DNA from: an uncultured bacterium
GTDB lineage: Bacteria; Verrucomicrobiota; Verrucomicrobiia; Limisphaerales; UBA8199
Direction of reading: 5' to 3'
Length of the DNA stretch: 64,000 nucleotides
Assembly (NCBI GenBank): GCA_963749495.1
Contig: CAVVMW010000001.1
Location: forward strand, 704,001 to 768,000
How positions within the stretch are numbered: the stretch's first letter is position 1; each line of letters starts with the position of its first letter. Shown here in pieces: positions 29,897 through 41,390 of this stretch. The notes under the pieces are model-generated. The model searched no databases, was not told the origin of the DNA, and worked only from the letters and a program-made list of their open reading frames with translations. Position numbers and translations under genes: made by a program.

Positions 29897-31726
29897 GTGA
29901 AGCTTTTCGAGCGGATTTCCCCATCTATTACGCGCGGCACACGGCGCCGGCCGTTTGTCTCGCTGTGTAGCCTTCTGGCCGTGTGCCTGCTCGGCTCCAA
30001 GCCGCGCTGGCCGGGGCGGCGGACCCCCTGGAAGCGATCCGGCAGCGGGGGGCATTGCTCTGGGGCGCGGATGCGGAGGGGGGCGCCCCTTATGTGTATC
30101 CGGACCCGCAGAGGCCGGAGCAACTGATCGGCTTCGAGTATGAACTTGCCGAGGCCCTGGCCGCCAGGCTCGGGGTCAGGGCCAGGATGGTCCAGAACCA
30201 ATGGGACCAGCTCATCCCCGCGCTCGAACGAGGCAACTTCGACATCCTCCTCAACGGCCTGGAACTGACGCCGCAGAACCAGCAGCGCATCGCGATGTCG
30301 CAGCCTTATTACGTCTATGCCCAGCAGATCGTCACGCGCCCGCCAGGCCCAGGGCCTGACACGGATCGAATCGCTCCAGGGCAAACGTGTGGGCGTGCTC
30401 TCGTCGTCCGCAGCACACCGTTTGCTGGAGGCGGACGGCCGGACCGATCTGGTTCTCTACCCGGGCAACGTCGAGAGTTTCCGCGACCTCAAGGCGGGGC
30501 GGATCGAGGCGGTGGTGCTGGACCTGCCGATCGCCTTGCACTATGCGGGGCCGGACCCGGCGTTGAAGTTTTCCGGGCCCCCATTCGCGCCCGGCTATTA
30601 CGGGATCGGCGTGCGCAAAGGGGATGACTCGCTGTTGGCGGCGGTGAACGGGGCGATCCGGCAGATGACCGCCGACGGGACACTCGAGCGCATCTACCGC
30701 AAGCACGGGATTTGGGACGAGCGCCAGGCACAGCTTGCGGATTACCGGCCTGCGGCGGTGGCGGAGCGGCAAGCCGTCTCGACCTTGCGCGAGTGGCCGA
30801 AGTACCTGCCGCTGCTCTTGCGCGGGGCGGTCACGACGGTGGAGTTGAGCGTGCTGGCGATGGCCCTGGCGGTGATGGCCGGGTTGGTGCTGGTGCTGGC
30901 GCGGCTGTTCGCGCCGGCGCCCCTGCCATGGCTGGCCAGGGCCTACATCGAGGTCATCCGGGGCACGCCGTTGCTCATCCAACTCTTTCTCATCTTCAAG
31001 TCCTATCAATCGGTCTGCGTGCTGCGGGGCATCAACCATGTGCAGGAGCGCGGCGAGGTGGTCGTGCTCATCGGCCCGAGCGGGTCCGGCAAGACCACGT
31101 TTCTGCGCTGCCTGAACCAGCTCGAGGCCGCCGATGCGGGGCGCATCACCATAGACGGCATCAGCGTCGCGGGGGGCCGCCCGGCGCGGACGGGCAGGGA
31201 CCTCGAGCGGCAGCGCCAGTTGCGGCTGCGGGCGGGGATGGTGTTTCAGTCCTTCAACCTCTTTCCGCACCTGACGGTCCTGGAGAACATCACGTCGGCG
31301 CCGGTGGTCGTGAAGGGGATGGCGCGGCAGGAGGCCCAGGCGCGCGCGCGCCAACTGCTGGACAAGGTGGGCCTGGCCGACAAGGCCGGGGCCTATCCCA
31401 GCCAGCTCTCCGGCGGACAACAGCAGCGGGTGGCCATCGCCCGGGCCCTGGCGATGGGGCCGCAGGTCATGCTCTTCGACGAGCCGACCAGCGCCCTGGA
31501 CCCCGAACTGCGCGGCGAGGTCCTGGGGGTCATGCGCCAACTCGCCCAGGAGGGCATGACCATGATCGTGGTCACTCACGAGATGCAGTTCGCCCGCGAC
31601 ATCGCCGACCGCGTCCTGTTCTTCGAGGGCGGCCTGGTGGCCGAGTCCGGCCCGCCCGATGAAATCTTCTCCCACCCGCGCCACGAACGCACGCGGGAGT
31701 TTCTGCGGCGCGTGGAGACAAGGTGA
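29897..31726 (+). CDS. Polar amino-acid ABC transporter: binding protein-permease fused by apparent deletion to ATPase; frameshifts near 29995 and 30340
   Basis: SBP motifs ([14 protein letters not shown]), permease start ([15 protein letters not shown]), then directly the ATPase ([26 protein letters not shown]). Confidence 0.85.
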
Positions 31727-31788
31727 GGAGGGGGGGCCAACTGGACAATCCAAGAGAGATGCGGCATAAGATGTGAGACGGGCAATGA

Positions 31789-31867
31789 AAACGCAGAGAC
31801 GCGAAGAACGCAGAGATGAGACAAGGCAAACGATCCTAATCTCTGCGTTCTTGGCGTCTCTGCGTTT
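31789..31867. repeat. Hairpin repeat family E (AACGCAGAGACGC...GCGTCTCTGCGTT)
   Basis: About 27-bp imperfect inverted repeat between genes. Confidence 0.75.
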
Positions 31868-31906
31868 AAGCACGCGCTCCGGCGTCTTCGGGGCACCCTG
31901 GCGACA

Positions 31907-33292
31907 ATGAGCTTTCGCTTTTCGCTTGCATGTGGCTTTCTGTCCCTGGCCATGGCGGCCTTCCGCGCCGCCGGGGCGGAGGCGCCGCTGGGGCTGGCGC
32001 GGGAGTTGCTCAAGGAGATGATCGAGACCGACACGACGGGCGAGCACGGGGACACGACGCCGCTGGCGGAGGCGCTGGGGGCGCGGTTTCGTCAGGCGGG
32101 TTACGCGGCGGGGGACGTGCGCGTCATCGGCCCGGAGGCGCGGCACAAGAACCTGGTGGTGCGGCTGCGGGGCAGCAGCCAGGGGCGCCCCATTCTCGTC
32201 ATTTCGCACCTGGACGTTGTCGAGGCCCGTCCCGAGGACTGGACGGTGCCGCCATTCAAGCTCACGGAGAAAGACGGCTGGCTCTATGGGCGGGGCACGC
32301 AGGACATCAAGGGGGAGGCGGCCGCCGAGGCGACGGCGTTTCTCCGGCTCAAGATCGAGGGCTTGGTGCCGAAACGGGACCTTATCCTGGCGCTGACGAC
32401 CGGGGAGGAGGGGGCGGTCTTTTACAACGGCATCCAATGGCTGCTCCAGCAGCACCGCGAGTTCATAGACGCCGAGTACCGCCTCAACGGGGATGGCGGC
32501 GGACCCGAGTCCGACAACGGGCATCCCACCTTCCGGGCGCTGCAGACCAGCGAGAAGGCCCTCTACAATTTCGAGTTGACCGTGACCGACCCCGGCGGCC
32601 ACAGCAGCCTGCCTCGGCCCGGCACCGCCATCCAGGTGCTGGCTCGGGGCCTGGCGCGGCTCGATGCCTGGGAACCGGAGGCGCGTCTGGACGAGACCAC
32701 GCGCGCATTCTTCCGTCGCATGGCGGCCATCGAGCCGGGCGCAACGGGCGGCTGGATGGCCAAGGCGGCCCAGGCAGATGCCGAGGCCATCGCGGCGTTG
32801 TCGAAGGACCCGAGCTGGAACGCGCAGCTCCATACAACGCTGGTGACCACCTTGATCCAGGGAGGCCACGCCACCAACGCCCTGCCGCAGCGGGCCACGG
32901 CCATCGTCAATTGCCGGCTGCTCCCTGCAGACGACATCCTCCAAATCCAGGGCCGGCTGACCAACGTGCTGGCCGAGCCGCGCATCCAGGTCCGGCTCCT
33001 GCGGCCCCCGCGTCCCAACCCGGCTTCGCCCTTGCGCCAGGATGTCCTGGGCGCCGTGGAGCGGAGCACGCGGGCGCTGTGGCCTGACTGCCCGGTCGTG
33101 CCCACGATGGAGACCGGCGGCACCGACGGCGCCGCCCTCCGCCGCGCCGGCATTCCCACCTATGGCATCGGCGGCATCCCCGTGGACCACGACGACGTGC
33201 GCGCCCACGGCAAGGACGAGCGCATCCGGGTGAAGGACTTCGAGGATGGGGTGAAGGCCTTCAGGTTGCTGGTCGAGGAGATTCTGAAGTAG
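31907..33292 (+). CDS. M20/M25/M40 metallo-hydrolase
   Basis: SHLDVV, YGRGTQDIKG, GEE, GGHSS, GGTDG, AHGKDER. Confidence 0.9.
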   Translation: MSFRFSLACGFLSLAMAAFRAAGAEAPLGLARELLKEMIETDTTGEHGDTTPLAEALGARFRQAGYAAGDVRVIGPEARHKNLVVRLRGSSQGRPILVISHLDVVEARPEDWTVPPFKLTEKDGWLYGRGTQDIKGEAAAEATAFLRLKIEGLVPKRDLILALTTGEEGAVFYNGIQWLLQQHREFIDAEYRLNGDGGGPESDNGHPTFRALQTSEKALYNFELTVTDPGGHSSLPRPGTAIQVLARGLARLDAWEPEARLDETTRAFFRRMAAIEPGATGGWMAKAAQADAEAIAALSKDPSWNAQLHTTLVTTLIQGGHATNALPQRATAIVNCRLLPADDILQIQGRLTNVLAEPRIQVRLLRPPRPNPASPLRQDVLGAVERSTRALWPDCPVVPTMETGGTDGAALRRAGIPTYGIGGIPVDHDDVRAHGKDERIRVKDFEDGVKAFRLLVEEILK

Positions 33293-33334
33293 CGCCAACG
33301 GCGCGGCCCTATACCAGCAACGCCGCCCTCGCGC

Positions 33335-33530
33335 GCGTTGCGGAGCGACGCTGTGAGGGTAGCCGTGGACCTCGGTCCACGGTTCGGCGCGTGGCAATAG
33401 CGGTGCGTCGCGTAGCGACGCTTGGAAGCGGCGCGGTTTTCAAGCGTCGCTACGCGACGCAGGTGGTTTGTGGGCGCGTATCCCGTGGACTGAAGTCCAC
33501 GGCTACCGTCGCGCACCGCTACGCGGTGAA
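33335..33530. repeat. REPIN-like family F (CGTCGCGTAGCGACG / CCGTGGAC..GTCCACGG)
   Basis: A closely related copy lies at 50200-50395. Confidence 0.88.
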
Positions 33531-33538
33531 CCGGCCCG

Positions 33539-33674
33539 TTCACCGTTTGGCCGAGTTGAGTGCTTTCTTGAGGGCGGCGATGGCGTTGACCTCGACTCTG
33601 TCGCTCTTGGAGCGGAGGCTGATGCGAGTCAGGTCGGGCGCGACTTTCTCGAAGACACAGACGACGACCGCCGG
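33539..33674 (-). pseudogene. Degenerate nrnA 3'-end fragment (copy 3)
   Basis: PAVVVCVFEKVAPDLTRISLRSKSDRVEVNAIAA|LKKALNSAKR*. Carries an 87-bp deletion between GGGCGGCGATG direct repeats. Confidence 0.88.
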
Positions 33675-33776
33675 TACTGGTTGCGGTTTGGGCGATTTTG
33701 GTGTCTAATGATGGTGGCTGCCCCGCCTGATATTTGGAACGCAGCGTTTCGGGGCTGAAGGCTGGGAGCCTCGTTC

Positions 33777-34346
33777 ATGGGCGAGTCGGCGGAACAAGTG
33801 ACCCGGATCCTCGATGCGGTTGGGGCCGGGGATGCGCAAGCGGCTGAGAAGCTGCTGCCGTTGGTTTATGAGGAACTGCGCCGGTTGGCCGCGGCCAAAA
33901 TGGCAAGCGAAGCGCCCGGCCAGACCCTTCAACCCACCGCGCTGGTTCACGAGGCCTGGCTGCGGCTGGCCGGCTCGCACCGTCAACGATGGCGTGGGCG
34001 GGATCATTTCTTCAGTGCCGCCGCTGAGGCGATGCGGCGAATCCTCGTGGAGAATGCGCGGCGCAAACAGCGGATCCGTCACGGAGGCGGGATGCAACGG
34101 GTGGACATCGCCTCCATCGACCTGCCCATCGCCGCGCAAGACGAGAAATGCCTTCAGATCGATGAATACCTCGACCAATTGGCGGAAGAAGATCCTGAAA
34201 AGGCGGAAGTGGTGAAACTCCGTGTGTTCACTGGGCTGAAAGTCTCGGAAATCGCCTCGATCCTGGATTGCTCGGAAAAGACGGTGCAGCGTCATTGGAA
34301 CTTCGCGAGGGCCTGGTTGTCTCGGTCGCTGAGGTCTGGGCAATAA
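33777..34346 (+). CDS. ECF sigma factor, TIGR02999 type
   Basis: LLPLVYEELRRLA, TLQPTALVHEAWLRL, AAAEAMRRILVE, RHWNFARAWL. Confidence 0.93.
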   Translation: MGESAEQVTRILDAVGAGDAQAAEKLLPLVYEELRRLAAAKMASEAPGQTLQPTALVHEAWLRLAGSHRQRWRGRDHFFSAAAEAMRRILVENARRKQRIRHGGGMQRVDIASIDLPIAAQDEKCLQIDEYLDQLAEEDPEKAEVVKLRVFTGLKVSEIASILDCSEKTVQRHWNFARAWLSRSLRSGQ

Positions 34347-34422
34347 AAAAGTTCCGGATTCGTGTCCGATTCCACCCCGAAACGTCGCCATAGTAGATAG
34401 ACGTGAAGACAGCATTGACGCG

Positions 34423-37400
34423 ATGAACCAGCGCAAGAAGAAACTCGAAGACATCTTTGAGGCCGCGCTGGCCTTGGAGTCTGACGCCGAGCGCGAGGAT
34501 TACTTGGGCCGAGCCTGCCCCGACATGGAATTAAGGAGGGAAGTGGAATCGCTGCTGGAGGCGCATCGGCACCCAGACAGTCTCTTTGTAGAGGAAGCGA
34601 CGGATTCGGAAGGCACGTTGTGCTGCCAGCCGTTGCAGGAAAGTGTCGGCACGGTGATCGGCCGCTACAAACTCCTCGAAAAGATCGGGGAAGGCGGGTT
34701 TGGGGTCGTCTATGTGGCCGAGCAGCGGGAGCCGGTCAAGCGGCGCGTGGCCCTCAAGATCATCAAGCTGGGGATGGATACCCGGCAGGTCGTGGCCCGG
34801 TTCGAGGCGGAACGCCAGGCGCTGGCGCTAATGGATCATCCCAACATCGCCAAGGTGCTGGATGCGGGGGCGACGGAGACCGGCCGGCCGTTCTTTGTGA
34901 TGGAGTTGGTGAAAGGGATTACGCTTACCAAGTACTGCGACCAGGAGAAGCTGGCCACGCGGGCGCGGCTGGATTTGTTCATCAAAGTCTGTCACGCGAT
35001 TCAGCATGCGCACCAGAAGGGGATCATCCATCGGGACATCAAGCCCTCGAACATCCTGGTGACGCTGCACGACGGCGTGCCGGTGCCCAAGGTGATAGAC
35101 TTCGGGATTGCCAAGGCGACGCAGGCCGAGTTGACCGAGAAGACGGTCTATACGCAGTTCCAGCAGTTCATCGGGACGCCGGCCTACATCGAGCCCGGAA
35201 CAGGCGGAGATGAGCGGTCTGGACATTGACACTCGCAGTGACATCTACAGCCTCGGTGTTCTGCTATATGAACTGCTCACGGGGAATACGCCCTTTGACA
35301 CCAAGGAGTTGTTGCAGTCCGGGCTAGATGAGATGCGGAAGATCATCCGGGAACGTCAGCCGGTGCGGCCGAGCACGCGGCTGCGTCAAACCGCTGTGAC
35401 CGCGTCGCCGTCTCCACTCGCCCCTCGCCCCTCGCCCCTCGCCACCGACCTTGACTGGATCGTGATGAAGTGCCTGGAGAAGGACCGGGCGCGGCGTTAC
35501 GAGACCGCCAACGGGGTGGCCTTGGACATCGAGCGGCATTTGAAGCACGAGCCGGTGGTGGCGCGGCCGCCGAGCGTTGGGTATCGGCTGCAAAAGAGTT
35601 TTCGGAGGAACAAGCTGGTGTTCACCGCGGCTGGAGGGGTTGGGGCGGCGTTGGTGCTGGGGGTAGTGGTCAGCTCCTGGCAGGCCGTCCGCGCCACCAC
35701 GGCGGAAAAGATGGCACGTGAGAAAGCAAACATCGCTCAAGCGCAGCGCCTGCGGGCGGATGAAGCGGCGCGGGTGGCCGAGAGCCAACGGGCGCGCGCG
35801 GAGAAAGGGGAGCAGAAAGCCAGGGAGAGCGAGCTGGCGGCGCGCGAGAACCTCTACGACGCCGACATGATCCTCGCCGGCGAGGCCCTCCAGCACAGCA
35901 ACCTCGGTCGCGCGCTCAAATTCCTGAACCTGCAACGACCCGCCAAAGCCGGCCAGGGCGATCTGCGCGGATGGGAATGGCGTTACCTCTGGGCACAGTG
36001 CCGCAGCGACGAGTTAGCCACGCTTGGCGAGCATGAGGGCATCGTCCAATCCGTAGCCGTCTCTCCTGATGGCAAGTGGGTGGCCTCGGGGGGCTGGGAT
36101 GGCCTACTTCAGATTTGGGCCCTGGCTTCTGGAGCGGGGACAGGACGATGGGTGACCAATGCGCAGTTGGGGGGAGGACCGGTTTCCAGCGTGGCCTTCT
36201 CTCCGGACGGGCGCTGGCTGGCAGCCCTCACATGGACCAATGGTTTCGCCCTCTTCAATGCGCCAGGATGGGACCGGGCAATGACGGTGTGGAATGCAGA
36301 GGAGAAGGGATCGCTGGCTTTCTCCGCCGATAGCCGCCTTCTGGCCGTTGGGGGCGAGATTTGGAGCCTGGATACTCGCAACCGTTTGTGCGCTTTGCCA
36401 TGTCGGCGGGCGTTCGGCTGGGGACAACATACAGTAGCTTGGTTGCCCTCTTCGCAGATTCTCGCTGGGTACGTTATGTCCAACGACGTGGCGCAGGTTT
36501 GGTTGTTCGACGTTCGCTCTACCAACCCCACTGCCATGGTATCAGCGATCCCCTTGCGAGCGGACAAGGGGAAATGGTTGTTGCCGGTAACCCTGGCTTT
36601 CTCACCCGATGGAAAGCATCTGACTGTTGGCTGCTATGATGGCACCATCCGCATCCATGCCGCCAACGACTGGCACCAGTTCAAGATCCTGACCAACCAC
36701 ACGGGCTGGGTCAGCTCCCTGGCTTTTTCCAAGGATGGGCAATGGCTGGCCAGTGGCGGCGCTGACCACAGCATCAGAGTCTGGCGCACGCGCGACTGGG
36801 AGGAGACGGCCACGTTGCGCGGCCATCAAGAAGAGGTGTGGGCGGTAGCTTTTACCCCGGACGGCCAACAACTGGTCAGCGGGTCAAAAGACCACACCGT
36901 GCGGCTCTGGCCGCTCGCCGCCCGGTCAAAGCCCGTCGAGGAAGTGACCGTGTCAGCCGAGGGCGCGGAATTCCTCGGCCTATCCGGAATGTCTCCGTTC
37001 AGGGTTGGCGCTTCGAACGTTCTCACCGTCTGGGATGGGCAGACGCTCCAGGTCCGCCAGCGCCTGGCCAGTTATCCGGTCCCGAATGTCACCGGCTGGA
37101 GACCTTCGCCGGACGGCCGCACGCTTCTGATGGTGACGGCAGAAGGCGGGTTATGGCTGACGGACCTTGCGGCAGGGGCAGTTTCGCCGCCGGTCTGTCT
37201 GCAGACCACCGGGTCATGGTTTCGGGAGGCCGCCTTCGCGCGCTGGGGGGAAACCGCCTTCTCGGACCAGGCGAAGTGGGTGGCAGTCGCCGACGGCGAG
37301 GCGCTCCGGGTATGGGACTTGAAGGACCAGCCGTCGCGGCCGGGCTTCTTGCTTGCCGCGGGGAACTTCTGGGGGTTGCGTTTCTCCCGGGACGAACGCC

Positions 37401-37930
37401 TCCTCGGTGCACTCACCGGCCCCATCCGGACCGGGCGGACAATCCTGGTCTGGGACGTGGCTTCGGGAAAGGAGTTGGCGCGCTTTCAACCGCATCGTGA
37501 CGAAGTAGAGGACCTCGATTTCTCTCCCGACGGCACTGTGTTGGCCACGGCCAGTCTCGACAATACGAGCAAGTTGTTCGATCTGCGTACGGGCCATGAG
37601 ATCACGACATTGCCTGGCCAACTGATGTCGCTTTACTCGGTGTGCTTCTCGCCCGATGGCCGCCGCTTGGCCACAGGCACGGGCCCTGGCTACGACGGCA
37701 TCGCCGAAATGCTCATTTGGGACCTGGAAACCCGTCGCGAAGTCCTGGTCCTAAAAGCACGCGATCCAGGTTCTATAGAGCGGTGCTACCCGAGAGTGCG
37801 GTTCCACCCGGGCGGAGACTCGCTGTTCTTCATCAGCAGTCGGGGCACCTTGCACCTCTGGCGCGCGCCGTCGTGGGCGGAGATTGAGGCGGCAGAGAAA
37901 AGGACTGACGGCAAAGCGCCGCAACGCTGA
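34423..37930 (+). CDS. Ser/Thr protein kinase with TM helix and WD40 repeats; frameshift near 35190
   Basis: IGEGGFG, VALK, HRDIKPSN, DFG, GTPAY(M)SPEQ, SDIYSLG, and many GH...FSPDG...WD repeats. Confidence 0.93.
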
Positions 37931-38017
37931 CCAGTTGATCCAAACCCTTTGCCTCCCAAAGGCGCATGGATGATCGAATGAACCACTATTTTGGCTATGA
38001 AACCTGCTGACGACTGA

Positions 38018-38090
38018 GCCAAGGTGCTGGATGCGGCGGCCACCGAGACGGGCAAGACGCTCTTCGGCACGGAATTGGTCCGCCGCATCG
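38018..38090 (+). pseudogene. Short Ser/Thr kinase remnant
   Basis: AKVLDAAATETGKTLFGTELVRRI versus AKVLDAGATETGRPFFVMELVKGI in the upstream kinase. Confidence 0.7.
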
Positions 38091-38259
38091 AGCCAGGTCG
38101 CCTTAGACAACTACCTATGAAAAAAAGGGAGAATCACTCCCTGACGTGTGAGGGGTTGCTTGACGCCGACAGATTTCGCCACCCAAGAACGGTGGCGGAA
38201 GTAGAAAACAACAACCAAACCCAGGTGCCCGTCACCTGGAAACGAAAGGAAGACAGAAA

Positions 38260-39312
38260 ATGAAAACCACCGCATCCAACCATTCAACGAGCGGCGGCCT
38301 GACAGGCTGGCCGCTCGGCCTGAGCACTTGCTTGGGCCTTGCGCTTGCCGCAACGCTCTGCACCACAAGCCTGCCCGTCCAGGCCAAATTGCCGGACGTG
38401 ACCGGCGATTACAGGATTCAAACCCTTGAGTCGCCTCCAGGCACGGATATCAATGAAATCTATTGTGTCTTGATCAATGAAGCCGGCATGGTGGTCATGC
38501 AATACAATTCGGTGATGGTGATTGGATCGGGAACAATTAACGAAGGGCAAACGGCAGTCCGGGAAAAAGGGGTGTGGACGGTGATTAATGTTCCCGGCTC
38601 CGCCTGGACGGGATGCGGTAACCCCAATGCCTCTGGAGATGTCGATCTGGCCTACGCCGATACGGCTGGCAACTGGCACAACGCCATATGGCATCATGGA
38701 ACTTACAAATATCTTCCAGATTACACGGCGCCCGTTGGCCAGCCACCCTACCAGTATGGGGTTCAATGCATAAATGACCATTGCATCATGACCGGGATGG
38801 CCTTTGATCCAACGAGCACGTGCTGGGATCCCGTATTTGATTGGTACTGCGTGCACGGTGTTTTGCTGAACACGTCCTTGTCGCTGTTCGAATTCTTCGA
38901 TTATCCCGGTGCCTACTCTACCTATCCGCTTGGCATCAATGATGCTTGTCAGTTCGTAGGCGCGTATTCATCGTCCGAGGACAATGGGTGCCATTGTTTC
39001 TTCAGCGACCGGGGCAAGACCTTTGTGAATATTGACCCACCCGGCTCCTCGAATCCCCCCAATACCCAAACTAGGGTTCCTTTTATGATCAACAACCAGG
39101 GCGAGATCTGTGGCTGGTACACGGACGCGTCCACGGGCGTCCAGCAGGGCTTCCTGCTGCGTCAGAGGAAGTTTTTCGCCTTCAACGTTCCCAAGTCGAG
39201 TTCGACGTACCTCAATTGCATCACGGACGATGGCCAATTGTCGGGTGTGTACCTTGATCTGGAGGGAACGCCGCATGGCTTCATCGCCACGCCCAAGGGT
39301 GGTTGCAAGTGA
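38260..39312 (+). CDS. Secreted protein with HAF-like extracellular repeats
   Basis: Signal peptide; repeated (G/M/C)IN(D/N)-G-x-x-G-Y and HGF motifs (DYPGAYSTYPLGIND). More AT-rich than the flanks. Confidence 0.7.
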   Translation: MKTTASNHSTSGGLTGWPLGLSTCLGLALAATLCTTSLPVQAKLPDVTGDYRIQTLESPPGTDINEIYCVLINEAGMVVMQYNSVMVIGSGTINEGQTAVREKGVWTVINVPGSAWTGCGNPNASGDVDLAYADTAGNWHNAIWHHGTYKYLPDYTAPVGQPPYQYGVQCINDHCIMTGMAFDPTSTCWDPVFDWYCVHGVLLNTSLSLFEFFDYPGAYSTYPLGINDACQFVGAYSSSEDNGCHCFFSDRGKTFVNIDPPGSSNPPNTQTRVPFMINNQGEICGWYTDASTGVQQGFLLRQRKFFAFNVPKSSSTYLNCITDDGQLSGVYLDLEGTPHGFIATPKGGCK

Positions 39313-39674
39313 GGTTTGAGGGAACTGAGGAGTGTGTCTGATTCAGACACGACACATTCCCCACGGTTAGGCCATCTCAGGATACGATCGTTATGAAATT
39401 CTCAGCAACTCAACCTCAATAACCGGAGGCCGTCATCAACCCAACTCCTCATAGCTAAAGCGAAAACATAGGGGTAATGACAAGCGTTTCAGCGTTGGGT
39501 TCAACGGGCAGGCAACCCGAATGCCGAAGGGACGGCTGAAGCCAGGGGCCCCTTCGGGACTTATTCCTTCTGCGGGCCAAAACCCAACGCTAAAGCGCTT
39601 GTCGTTACCCACATCGTCGGGTGCCCTCATGAAGCGGATCTGATGGCCGTCACGGATTTCCGAAGCACATTTCT

Positions 39675-39897
39675 CATCCCGGAGGGATGCCAGAAGGTAG
39701 CCGGGGGTCGAAGCGTAGCGAGACCCCCGGTGCCGCGACGGCAAGGGAGTGCATCCCGGAGGGATGCCAGAAGGCGCCCGCCGCGAACGTCTGCCTCTTC
39801 TGGCACCCCCGCCGGGGTGCTGGGCCACCGACGCCCTCAACCGGGGGTCGCCGCTGGACGGCGACCCCCGGCTACCTTCTGCCAACCCTCCGGGTTG
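39675..39897. repeat. REPIN family B copy
   Basis: Same organisation as 6922-7148. Confidence 0.88.
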
Positions 39898-40138
39898 GCC
39901 GGGCGTTGCCGCCGGCTGCTATCAAGGGCGCCTTTAGCGGCTAGAACTGGCATGCTCCTCAGGCCTTTCTCCCGCCTGCCCAAAAAGGGGAACTGATATG
40001 ACCGCTCAGGAGATGTGGCTAAAGACAAGCGCTAAAGCGTTGGGCTATTGTCGGATGTCCCTTCGGGACAAAACCTGTGCCGAGGGCCGGCGCCCCTTGT
40101 GCATCTGGCGGTTCGGATGGAACTTGACGTTGGCGAAT

Positions 40139-40361
40139 TCACCCCTTGGCCGAGTTGAGGGCTTTCTTGAGGGCGGCGATGACTTTGCGCTGGGCGGAGA
40201 GGGGTTTGCCGGGGATGCGGGCGCCTGCGGCGGCGACGTGGCCGCCGCCGCCGAACTGGGCGGCGATGGCGTTGACATCGACCTTTTCGCTCTTGGAGCG
40301 GAGGCTGATGCGAGTCAGGTTGGGCCCGACTTCTTCGAAGACCCAGCCGACGACGACCGGG
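40139..40361 (-). pseudogene. nrnA 3'-end fragment (copy 2)
   Basis: Colinear with 41647-41869 (offset 1508) with scattered substitutions: PVVVGWVFEE...KKALNSAKG*. Confidence 0.92.
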
Positions 40362-40480
40362 AAATCGTCCTCTTGGGGGAGGCCCTCAAACGAACCGAGG
40401 GCCTGCAGCGCGAGGCCTTTCTCAATCGAGCCTGTGCGGGAGACCAGGCGGTTCGGGCTAGGCTCGAACGTCATCGCGCA
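40362..40480 (+). pseudogene. Remnant of an ECF-associated Ser/Thr kinase N-terminus
   Basis: EIVLLGEALKRTEGLQREAFLNRACAGDQAVRARLE resembles DIFEAALALESDAEREDYLGRACPDMELRREVE at 34423. Confidence 0.6.
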
Positions 40481-40510
40481 GCCAGGCTGTGCGCCCTCAG
40501 AAGCAGGCGA

Positions 40511-40936
40511 TCATCTTAAGCGGAGCAGTCGAGAAACGAATGCGTCCGGACGCAGAATCTCGATGCCGAATGGCTTTTCCAGATCGAGCAGGTCCCGATC
40601 GTATGTCACAAGGCACACCGCCCGGCCACCCAGGGCCGCAGCCAGGACGACATCGTCATCCGGATCCCGTTTGACGGTCGCGCGCAGGGCGCCCGGCGCA
40701 ACGAGTGACGACTTCTGCCGCAGCCAGTCGAGCCAGTGCGCCCAATTGGGGTTCTGCCAGCGCGGTTCGCGGGCAGCCAGGTCCGCCAACGTGCCGGCCC
40801 ATTCAGCCGTCAGATCCGGTGTGCGGACCGATTGGAATGCCCTTCGAGCCAATAGGACGAAGAGGCGTCGCGCCGCGCCGCCGGACCAGCCGATGCCGGC
40901 GGCGACCACCGACGTGTCAAGCGCGGCGACGATCAA
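40511..40936 (-). CDS. PIN-domain putative toxin
   Basis: ALDTSVV, RDPDDDVVLAAA, LVTYDRDLL. Confidence 0.85.
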   Translation of the reverse strand: MIVAALDTSVVAAGIGWSGGAARRLFVLLARRAFQSVRTPDLTAEWAGTLADLAAREPRWQNPNWAHWLDWLRQKSSLVAPGALRATVKRDPDDDVVLAAALGGRAVCLVTYDRDLLDLEKPFGIEILRPDAFVSRLLRLR

Positions 40937-41186
40937 GACGGTGCCTCCGTTTGATGCGTCGCGCCGCCTCGACCACTACGTCCAGCGGCTCTGCGCCAGC
41001 AGCGCCCGGGCTCCGATCCACCAGGTCGGCAAACTCCCGGCGCAAACGTTCCTGTTCGGCCTCTTGTGCCTGGCGAATCAAGTCCTGGAGGACGTCGCTG
41101 GTGGAGGTATAGCCCCCGGTATCGCGCCGATTCTCCAGCCAGGCGCGTTGCACCGGGGGCAGCGAAATGCTCACCGTCTTACCCAT
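40917..41186 (-). CDS. ParD/CC2985-like RHH antitoxin
   Basis: TVSISLP...GGYTSTSDVLQDLIR; overlaps the PIN gene start. Confidence 0.75.
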   Translation of the reverse strand: MGKTVSISLPPVQRAWLENRRDTGGYTSTSDVLQDLIRQAQEAEQERLRREFADLVDRSPGAAGAEPLDVVVEAARRIKRRHRLDRRRA

Positions 41187-41390
41187 GTCAACATGTTGCC
41201 TGCCAGGGAAAAGTTGTCAAGTTCTGTCAACCGGCGTTCATGGGAACACGCGGAACAAAGCTCGTCCATACTTTTTTCTCCCGGAATGCGCACGTATGAA
41301 TGAAGGCAGCAACACTTTTGCCTCTGTAGTCCAAATCGAGGACAATTGAAAAGGCTTGAAACCGGGCGCCGCCGGTAGGAAAGTTGCACT

